A stretch of DNA of 64,000 bases from an uncultured delta proteobacterium (lineage in GTDB: Bacteria > Desulfobacterota > Binatia > Binatales > Binataceae): NCBI GenBank assembly GCA_963711565.1, contig CAVQEQ010000004.1, positions 1-64,000 of the forward strand, in the 5' to 3' direction. A program made the position numbers and the translations under genes. Position 1 is the first letter of the stretch; each line of letters starts with the position of its first letter. Below are positions 9,761 through 17,717 of the stretch, in pieces. Below the pieces are notes generated by a model. The model did no database searches. It saw only the letters and a list, made by a program, of their open reading frames with translations, and was not told the origin of the DNA.

Positions 9761-10507
9761 TTGCAACCCATAACAAAACGAGTCTATAGAGAAGGTCAGC
9801 AGAACGGCCGCCAAGTCTTCGCACTCAAGCGCTACAATCAGAATGACCTGATGGACAGCACCCTTCGGCTAGATGCTGTGGAACTCAGTGGGAACGAAGC
9901 CCTGCTGCGCGTAGGGAATCTGGCGTGGAGAGTGGACCGCTACGAGCTTCTTGATCTGTTTTCGAAGGCGGGAAGGGTTCGCCGTTGCGAAGTCATTCAT
10001 GATCGGTTCACCAAGCGGTCTGGCGGGTTCGGGTTCGTAGAGATGGCGAACGGCGATGCTGCTCGAGTGGCGATCGCGAAACTGAATGGACGAATCATCA
10101 GGGGTCGCACTATCCACGTGACCTTAGCGCGTCTATCACAAACCCGAGGCCAAGACTCGCAGACAGCGCCGAAAGCGCAATCCGAGCACATTCTAGGGCC
10201 GAGGAGCAAAAAATCATTCAGTGCAGACGGCGCTCGGGCGAACACTAATACGCAATCAGCACCCCTGTCACGAACAAAGGAACATAAAGCTAACCAATCA
10301 AAGGTGTCGTCGCCTCGCCAAAGTACCGCAAAACCACCAAAGAAAAAGGCTCGGGGACGACCGGGCAAGGTTCCATGGAACACCGCCTGGGAAGCAAAGG
10401 CACGCAGCGCTCTTGAGGAACTATCAATGAAGAAGCCGACTGCTGCAAAAAAGAAGCTTACTACCCCAAGGGGAGATCCTTACGGATGGCAGTCAGACGT
10501 AGGTTAA
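9761..10507 (+). CDS. RRM RNA-binding protein with Lys-rich tail (start may be ATG 9851)
   Basis: RNP2 LRVGNL and RNP1-like SGGFGFVEM, AIAKLNG..GRTIHV. Confidence 0.75.
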   Translation: MQPITKRVYREGQQNGRQVFALKRYNQNDLMDSTLRLDAVELSGNEALLRVGNLAWRVDRYELLDLFSKAGRVRRCEVIHDRFTKRSGGFGFVEMANGDAARVAIAKLNGRIIRGRTIHVTLARLSQTRGQDSQTAPKAQSEHILGPRSKKSFSADGARANTNTQSAPLSRTKEHKANQSKVSSPRQSTAKPPKKKARGRPGKVPWNTAWEAKARSALEELSMKKPTAAKKKLTTPRGDPYGWQSDVG

Positions 10508-10664
10508 GCTGCAAGAGCCACGAACTTGCTTCGCCATAGTTGGCGCGTGTTTTCCCGTAGTCGACATCGCCCCGGGAGTGTAAAGATTCCGAGGCGCTTC
10601 ACTGCCCACTCGCAGAAATTTTTCAACAACCACAAGAACGAAGCCAGATTGGGCCGAGAACTCC

Positions 10665-10910
10665 CTATTCTAATCGGATGAAGTGATGATCCAAGTCCCA
10701 TTCAATATCGAGCTTGTACCTGTGAGGCTCTTCCCCGATCTGTTCGCACGCCCGGTAGTATTCCGCCACTGTCATACCGGGACGATACAACTCAAACCGC
10801 CTGTGGCAGAGCTTTCCAAGAGTCTTCGGGTTATTTGCCACCAAAACAACGATGCGTTTCGTTAGTGGGCCATTGTATCGCCGACATCGACTTCCGGTAG
10901 ACTGCTTCAT
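10665..10910 (-). CDS. Small hypothetical protein
   Basis: NPK..RFELYRPGMTVAEY..DIEWD; internal ATG in frame with the upstream NERD fragment. Confidence 0.45.
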   Translation of the reverse strand: MKQSTGSRCRRYNGPLTKRIVVLVANNPKTLGKLCHRRFELYRPGMTVAEYYRACEQIGEEPHRYKLDIEWDLDHHFIRLE

Positions 10911-11160
10911 GAATTGACATTCCCCTGGCGCTCGCGGATCGGGGCGCATCGCCCGTCCCTTTTGAAACCACCTGCCATCGCGCTGCTCGATGTTTCCACC
11001 TTTTGCTTCGACGGCAAGCAAACCGCGATCAGGATTGGCAACGACGAAGTCGCCTTCGCCGAAAATCCCATCATTTTCCCGAACGCGTAGCGAGTGCCAC
11101 GCATACCAACCCGCGGGAAGATGCGCCCTGAGAGATTCATACACGAGAATCTCGGCATGC
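10911..11160 (-). pseudogene. Truncated NERD nuclease domain
   Basis: LPAGW-AWHSL..GEGDFVV..GLLAVEAKGG..DGRW, then abrupt loss of similarity. Confidence 0.7.
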
Positions 11161-11462
11161 GATTCAGTTGCTCGAGGTTTGATATAGGCCGGGCTCAGGC
11201 TTCATTATCGTAGAAGTTCCCTACCATTTCTCCGGCACTCCTATAGACGGACGGCGGCCATAGGATCTCGATCGACAATCTATCTCGTTGAGTCGAAGAA
11301 GAATCCCCAACTGCAGATCGATGCCCAGGCTCAGCACGACAAGCAGCTGATCCCAAAGGGTTCAACGCGTTGCGCCAGTTTCCTTCCGATCTCAGCGTCT
11401 TCGAACCAATCGCGGAGAGAATTTGACCCGCCGCTGCTAAACATTTCTTCCGACTCTCGCGA

Positions 11463-13235
11463 TCACTTTAGTTTACGATGTATCCACCGGTTCCGCTTTC
11501 GCGCGATTTCCATGGCCCGATCAAAGGTGGCATTTGTTTTTAAAAAACTAAAATTGCCATCCCGGACCCGGTCTTGATTTTCTGGAAGTTTCACTAGATC
11601 GCGGAAAATGAGTTGACAAGAATTAGCCGCCAGCATGTACCACCACTCCATTAGCTGCTGAGGGTGTCGGAGGTCGGCGCCGTAAGTCTCGGCATAGTGG
11701 TCGAACTCCGCATCGTTAAGCATTGCTTGACACATAAGTGCCCATAGGAGTGGACGCGCACGCGGCATGTAGGCGTACCTATTCTGGCCCCGTTCAACAA
11801 TGGATTGGACAAGCAGCCGCAATTTAAATTGCAGCTTGTAGCAGAGACAGATTGCTCGGAAGTCCGCTGTGAGGCGGGTAGGCGAGAATACCTGCTCGTA
11901 TGACTTGTCATTCTCGAACACTTCATTCATCCTACTTAGCTTATCGATGCTGCCATCCGAGACAAGAAACGTCTGAGCCAGACGGACCAACTCAACAGCC
12001 GCACCGGTCTTTAGCCCCTTCTCCTGAAGCTCTTCATCACTGAAGTTCTCGAAAGCGCTCTCTTGCCGCTCATAGAACAGACCTACCTCCTCTCTGAATC
12101 GGCCCGCCAACTGAAGCTGAATCATGTCATTCGCGCGAAGGTTCCAAGGTGCCACCGGATTCTGGCGATTATTACAGATAGTCACGGTCGTCACAAAATC
12201 CTGATCGCTCTGGGTGATTACCTTGCATATGACTCTGATTGCGTTAAGCCTATCCTCGGCTTGCGCTAGAATCGATGCGTCTCTATAAGACTCGATGAAA
12301 GCGTTGAAGGACCCAAGCGTCTGTGCCCCATTTAGAAGGCGAGGCTCAGTAATTCGATAGTTCCCATCAGTTCCAACGATCATCTCAGCAAATAGCGTAA
12401 CTCCGTTGTGGTTGAAGGCAAATATCTCAGGATCAGCCTTCCGGGTTATCGCGATTTCCTCAAAGGCTTTCACTAGATGGCGGTTCACAGCGGTTTCTTG
12501 GCCGGGCCTTCGTCCAGATAGAAGAAAACGAATGTTACGGTCGAGGAAGCGTTCCTTCATCGCCACATACATGGCGTGGAGGTCTCGCAACCTTACGAAG
12601 CCGAGCTGCATCTTCTGATTGTCGGGGCCAAGTGAACAAAGATCGCCCGACATGTTCAGCTCGAATGAAAGAGGCGTGTACAGCACCTCATGACCCCGCT
12701 TTAGAGTCGAACGAAAACGAACTACGATTGGGACCGCTCTTCCGAAATAAGCTTGCGTGAGGTAGGAACGGCTTTGGAGATCCTCGCCGAGCTTCTGAAG
12801 CGCTTCATTCTCCTGAGCTTTGTCGGGATCGCCTGTGAATATGAACTCCATGTATACTGTCTCGACGATATTGCGTAATTCGTAGAGCTTGGATTTTATT
12901 TCTCGGAGTATTGGGTTCTCTGTCTGCTGACTTTTTGCATCGAATATGCGCGCCAAACCTGCAGTAATAAGCCGCTGCATCGACCCGATGAACTGGTCTG
13001 CCGACTTCGAGAATTTGAATTGGAATAGATGCAGGTTTCTGGCTTGCCGGTCAAAGTGGTAGCCGTCAAATCCGAAGTCGTTGCCACCGTAAGCAATCTG
13101 CTCCGCCGCCTCTTCACGAGGGAGCTTGAATTCCCTTTCTAAAAAGAGAAGCCCAAAATAGTCATTGTCCACGCCGCCCCGGAGTGGCTTCATCTCGTTG
13201 GCTATCTGCGCCACCTGAGCTTCCGTAATTGTCAT
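11463..13235 (-). CDS. AIPR family protein
   Basis: NDFGFDG, FQFK, FLDRNIR, FAFNHNGVT, LLNGAQT, NNRQNPV..NLRAND. Confidence 0.9.
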   Translation of the reverse strand: MTITEAQVAQIANEMKPLRGGVDNDYFGLLFLEREFKLPREEAAEQIAYGGNDFGFDGYHFDRQARNLHLFQFKFSKSADQFIGSMQRLITAGLARIFDAKSQQTENPILREIKSKLYELRNIVETVYMEFIFTGDPDKAQENEALQKLGEDLQSRSYLTQAYFGRAVPIVVRFRSTLKRGHEVLYTPLSFELNMSGDLCSLGPDNQKMQLGFVRLRDLHAMYVAMKERFLDRNIRFLLSGRRPGQETAVNRHLVKAFEEIAITRKADPEIFAFNHNGVTLFAEMIVGTDGNYRITEPRLLNGAQTLGSFNAFIESYRDASILAQAEDRLNAIRVICKVITQSDQDFVTTVTICNNRQNPVAPWNLRANDMIQLQLAGRFREEVGLFYERQESAFENFSDEELQEKGLKTGAAVELVRLAQTFLVSDGSIDKLSRMNEVFENDKSYEQVFSPTRLTADFRAICLCYKLQFKLRLLVQSIVERGQNRYAYMPRARPLLWALMCQAMLNDAEFDHYAETYGADLRHPQQLMEWWYMLAANSCQLIFRDLVKLPENQDRVRDGNFSFLKTNATFDRAMEIARKRNRWIHRKLK

Positions 13236-13332
13236 GCTCTCCTCCCCTTCGGAAAAATGCAGTTACTATAGAGTCGTGCACGCCGAGTTTGCAGAATAGC
13301 GACTCCCAATTGGCTCTAGTAGCTTCGCGCCC

Positions 13333-16300
13333 CTATTTTCGGCGCATAGCCCGTCCAAGGTTGACCGCTCGTACAAATCCGCCATCGGTGTCCCGGTGAA
13401 AGCTCTTCCCTTTGGGTACCGTCGCCCCAGCGGCGAGGTAGTCGCCTGGCCGGCATGTGAACACAACAATCTGAAAGCTGCGAGCCTTCTCGGCGAGTAG
13501 TGCGCGGAACCAGTCCATCCGCGTACCGTCACTTTGAACCAGCTGATCGTCGAGCACGACGGTCGTAGATAGGTACTCTGCCAGCGCCAATCGGTACAAT
13601 GTCGAGAGTTGCTCGCGAGTACCGACCGATATCCGGTCCGTTGGTCGAATCGCACCTGCGACCGCGACGCCTTCCGTCCCGAGTTCCGCGTTGATCTGGA
13701 CATTTTCGTAGCGACGCTGGGTCAAATCCTCGAACCGGCGCGCGATGGCGGGCGCGAGCGTCTGGCCGAGATTACTCGCCTGCGCCGCATCGGCCTCTTT
13801 CATCTGCTCAAGCAGCAACTGCCACGCGTCATATTCCGCCTCGATTTCCCGCTCCTGGCGCTCCGCCGACTCGCACGCCTCGCTCGCGTCCCGCAGTCGC
13901 TCGCGCGCAACGGCGCCACCCACTTGCTCAAGCGCGCCGTGCGTTCGGTCGATCTCCCGCTGAATCGCTTCGAGACCCGACTCCGCCAACGTCTTGGCGC
14001 CCCGCGCATCCTCGACTTCGGCCTCCGTCACGATTCGATCCGGGACCGGCATCGCGGACCTCCTATCCGTTGCGCTCTTCAACCTGGACTCGGCGGCGGC
14101 GAGGTCCTGCGCGTCTCGCAGTTTTCGCAATTCTTCGAGGCGGCCGACCTGCAACGAGTGCGCGGTGATCGCGTTCGTTCGCTCCTTAGATGCGGCGTCG
14201 AGCTTGGTTTGTGCTCGTTCCGCGCTAGCGCGAGCTTCGCGGATTGCCGCTTCCGCCCGAGCATTCTGTGCTGCGATCGTGCTCTCATACGAGGCGAGTT
14301 CCGCCGCGACCTTCCGTTGCTCGCCCGCCGCGGCCGCCAGCGCAGCTTGAGCACCAGCTAGCGTCGCAGCCACCCCTTCAGGAAAAGCGGTCAAAGCGGC
14401 ATCCCGCGCGACGACCGCACCGTTCAGCACTATTGCCGAATTCTTGGCGCGTTCTTCCGCCAGAGTGTGCGCGTTACCGGCTTGAAGCGTAGTCGCGCGA
14501 GCCTGCTCAATCTCTTTCGACGCTCGCTGTCGGCGCTCTCGTAACGCTTGCGACGGCTCAGCGCCGAGCGCAGCCAACTCGGGAAGGAGTGTTTCAAGGG
14601 CTACGTGTCCGAGTGCGGCGCCGCACGCCTTTTTGCGGTCGAGCGCCTCGCGCAGCTTTTGCGCCGTATCGATCAGCGAATCGATCTGCGCGTGCAGCGA
14701 CTGCAACTCCGCGGCCTTTGCCTTGATGCTCGCCTCCAGCGTTTGCGACTCCGTGATCTTCGCGCTCAAGCCGTCGAGGTCCGCAACCTTGGCCGCCGCC
14801 AGATGTGGCTCGACCTCGCTTCTCCAACGACCTTCCAGCGCTTCTGCTGTCCGTTGTGCGCCGCGGCGCCCGCCCCGGATGCGCACAGTTGCGACATCGC
14901 CGATATCGAGGTCCACCTCGGCATCGGCTTCGACCTCCAATGTTGCACCAGATCGCGTCGGGTTCGCCGCCGTCCCATCCTTTGTCACCCTGACCTCGAT
15001 CGGGCGGTTCGGTGTGACCGTTACCACGAGACCGACATTGAGCGCGCCGCGGGCTCCGGCGAGATCGTTGGCGAGCTGGCGCATCGGATTGAGCATATCG
15101 GCAGCCGGAACGACGATTGCCTCGCGTCGTTTCTCCAGCGCCTCGCGTTCGCGTGCTCCCTCTTCGAGGCGCGCTTGAAGGTTCGCGCGTCGGTCCACTT
15201 CGGCTTGCGCGGAGGTGACGCGATCGTCGGCATCGTGGGCCTCGAGCGCCCGTTGGAGTAGATCTATCCTGCCAAGCTGCTCGTCGGCAGAGTGTTCTTT
15301 AGCGGCCGCGTCGGCCAGCGCTAGCTGCGCTTTTTCAGCTGCTGCCTGTTGAGCGCGATACTCACGATCGGCGGCCGTCGTCGCATCGACGAGCTTCTGT
15401 GCGCTCGTCGCGCTATCGATCTTGCTTTGTGCCTCGTTCGACCCCTGGTCTGCCGCGACCTTTCTCAACTCCAGAGTCTGGCGAGCGACCGTGTCGGTCA
15501 TGGCGGAATCAGATCCCGCAGCTTTCTTTGCGGATTCGAAGGCGGCATCCGCTTGTTCTTTCTGCAACTGCGCGACCTTCAGCGCCTGCTCTGCTGCCTC
15601 GAGCTCTCGACCGAGCTCTCCCATGCTTCGCTCCGCCGCATCCACCTCGGCTATGATCTTCTGGATACGCAGGACCTCTTCGCGCGCTGCGCTTACCAGC
15701 CCGTCGGCTTCGTCAAAATCGGCGGCCTGCGCTGCGAGCTTTTCGGCAGTTGCAAGCTGCGCTGTCGCGACCGCCACCGCCTCTTCGCGATCGCCGCGCT
15801 TCGACGTGAATTCGCGCAACTGCTTCTCGACACCTTCCGAATCGTCAACCAGTTTCTGGAGATCCTCCCTTTCCACCCTCGCGACGTTCACGCGCAGCGC
15901 GGCCTTTTGGAAAACGCTTCCCTTTGCGGTCTTTTTGGCACCTTTGTCGGTGAACGCCTCGTCGCGTCTTTCCTGGGTGACTCGAAGTATCGTGGTGAAG
16001 AGCGGATCCTGAGCCACCGCCTGCAGCGCAGCTGCGATCAGTTCCCGCCCGGAGCCGTTCGGATCATTCTGCAAGCTGTCATCAAGGACAGCAGTCACGT
16101 CCGATTGGGTCGAAAGCAGTGCGGTCGCAAGAAAGCTGGTCGGAAGGCCTCTGCCGCCGCCAGAGCCACCCGGCTCGGCGATCCCCCATCGCATGAGGTC
16201 GCGGAGCCTGCCGTCAACTTTCCGCGCACGCTCGACATCGCTGAAATCCTTGCCGTTTTTCGATTCCTGCAACAACGCCGCGCCGCCTTTTCGGAATTCC

Positions 16301-16557
16301 TTCCTGACTCGCCAGATTCGCTGCCGCTCCGTCTCGAAGGTGAGTTCGACCATTGGATCGCGACCGCCGGTCCAAGGCACATAGTCGTCGATGTGAGTCG
16401 AAGTGTGAGGAAGCAGCAAGGCCAATCGGATCGCTTCAGCCAGAGTCGATTTGCCGAGGTCGTTCGGCCCGTACAGCACGTTGAGCCCCGGACCGAACTC
16501 AATATCCGCGTTCGCGATAGCCGCAAAGTCTGCGACATGGAGTCGAAGGAGCTTCAA
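13333..16557 (-). CDS. Rad50/SbcC/YhaN-like coiled-coil ABC ATPase
   Basis: GPNDLGKST, long Ala-rich coiled coil, ISVGTREQL signature, VLDDQLVQSD, VFTC. Confidence 0.92.
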   Translation of the reverse strand: MKLLRLHVADFAAIANADIEFGPGLNVLYGPNDLGKSTLAEAIRLALLLPHTSTHIDDYVPWTGGRDPMVELTFETERQRIWRVRKEFRKGGAALLQESKNGKDFSDVERARKVDGRLRDLMRWGIAEPGGSGGGRGLPTSFLATALLSTQSDVTAVLDDSLQNDPNGSGRELIAAALQAVAQDPLFTTILRVTQERRDEAFTDKGAKKTAKGSVFQKAALRVNVARVEREDLQKLVDDSEGVEKQLREFTSKRGDREEAVAVATAQLATAEKLAAQAADFDEADGLVSAAREEVLRIQKIIAEVDAAERSMGELGRELEAAEQALKVAQLQKEQADAAFESAKKAAGSDSAMTDTVARQTLELRKVAADQGSNEAQSKIDSATSAQKLVDATTAADREYRAQQAAAEKAQLALADAAAKEHSADEQLGRIDLLQRALEAHDADDRVTSAQAEVDRRANLQARLEEGAREREALEKRREAIVVPAADMLNPMRQLANDLAGARGALNVGLVVTVTPNRPIEVRVTKDGTAANPTRSGATLEVEADAEVDLDIGDVATVRIRGGRRGAQRTAEALEGRWRSEVEPHLAAAKVADLDGLSAKITESQTLEASIKAKAAELQSLHAQIDSLIDTAQKLREALDRKKACGAALGHVALETLLPELAALGAEPSQALRERRQRASKEIEQARATTLQAGNAHTLAEERAKNSAIVLNGAVVARDAALTAFPEGVAATLAGAQAALAAAAGEQRKVAAELASYESTIAAQNARAEAAIREARASAERAQTKLDAASKERTNAITAHSLQVGRLEELRKLRDAQDLAAAESRLKSATDRRSAMPVPDRIVTEAEVEDARGAKTLAESGLEAIQREIDRTHGALEQVGGAVARERLRDASEACESAERQEREIEAEYDAWQLLLEQMKEADAAQASNLGQTLAPAIARRFEDLTQRRYENVQINAELGTEGVAVAGAIRPTDRISVGTREQLSTLYRLALAEYLSTTVVLDDQLVQSDGTRMDWFRALLAEKARSFQIVVFTCRPGDYLAAGATVPKGKSFHRDTDGGFVRAVNLGRAMRRK

Positions 16558-17717
16558 AGCGCGCGACCTGCGGGGCCCTCCTGACTCTGCAACAGCTTGT
16601 ATAGGTGCGCGAGCGCGCGAGTTGCACGCGACCGCTCAGCCTCGTCAATCGAGTCCTCGATCATGCGGTCGAGGCGCGCGATAGTGTCCTTGAGCACTGG
16701 CGGCAAATCGTCCGGGAAGATCCCTCCGGAACCGGCTTCCAACTTCAGATTGGTTTTGTCGATCAGCAGGACGCCGGCGCGGCCGTGGGTGGCGTCGGTG
16801 CCTTCCAGGTCACGCAAGATGCGCTCGACTTCGCTTTCCTCGGCAACCGACACCGTCATGTCCAGATGCAGCCTGACCACGTGACGCTCGAGGTCTGGCG
16901 TGGTCATAAATGTGCGCAACTCGTTGAGGTCGCGGCATCGCTGGTCGATCCAGCGCCAGTAGGCCACCGGCTCACGAGAAAACTTAGGCCGCGTCCCATG
17001 CCGGAAGAGCGCGACGATTGCCACGTTGCCGGCGTCGGGTTCATCGAAGGTCGTAGGCTCAGGTGCGCCGGGGTAAACAGTCGGGACCAGCGAAGTCGCG
17101 GTGACATCGCGAAACGAATGCGTATCGCCAATCGCGAGATAATCGAGCCCGCGATGCACGCCCGCGTCGCGACAAATCGGGAAGTTGGTCTGATAGCCGT
17201 CCATGTCGAACGTGCTGCCATGGACGCATCCGATTCGTATTCGTGCGTCGCCCGGTTCGCGCTCGGGGAGCGCCATCGCGAGATCTTTCTCGCCGGCCTT
17301 CGATCTGCAGGGTCTCGCATAGAGGATTGCGCCAGGCGCAAGTTCATAGGAGAACTCGTCATCATCGACGACGTGGACCCACTCTGGAAGTCGCGCACGA
17401 AACGGATGATTCTTCGACCACGCCGACTCGGATGTGAGCGGATCGTGATTGCCCGGCACGAGGAAGACGGGTGGATGAGTTGCGCCTTGATTGCGAAACG
17501 TCGCGGCGAGTCCCTCCCAAAAGTCCTGCGCGGGCGTAGGTTCGTCGAACAGGTCGCCGGCGCAAAGCACCGCGTTGACCGAATTGCGCCGAGCGACGTT
17601 AAGGATGGTCGCGATCACATCCATCCGCGCCCGCGACAGCTTCTTCTGCGCCTCTTCGGGGAAAGACGGAAACCGCCGCCCGAGATGCCAATCTGCAGTG
17701 TGCAGGATTTTCAGCAC
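16554..17717 (-). CDS. Mre11/SbcD/YhaO-like metallophosphoesterase
   Basis: HTADWHLG, AGDLFD, PGNHD, HGS, LAIGDTH; GTG at 17717 overlaps the helicase stop. Confidence 0.93.
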   Translation of the reverse strand: MLKILHTADWHLGRRFPSFPEEAQKKLSRARMDVIATILNVARRNSVNAVLCAGDLFDEPTPAQDFWEGLAATFRNQGATHPPVFLVPGNHDPLTSESAWSKNHPFRARLPEWVHVVDDDEFSYELAPGAILYARPCRSKAGEKDLAMALPEREPGDARIRIGCVHGSTFDMDGYQTNFPICRDAGVHRGLDYLAIGDTHSFRDVTATSLVPTVYPGAPEPTTFDEPDAGNVAIVALFRHGTRPKFSREPVAYWRWIDQRCRDLNELRTFMTTPDLERHVVRLHLDMTVSVAEESEVERILRDLEGTDATHGRAGVLLIDKTNLKLEAGSGGIFPDDLPPVLKDTIARLDRMIEDSIDEAERSRATRALAHLYKLLQSQEGPAGRAL

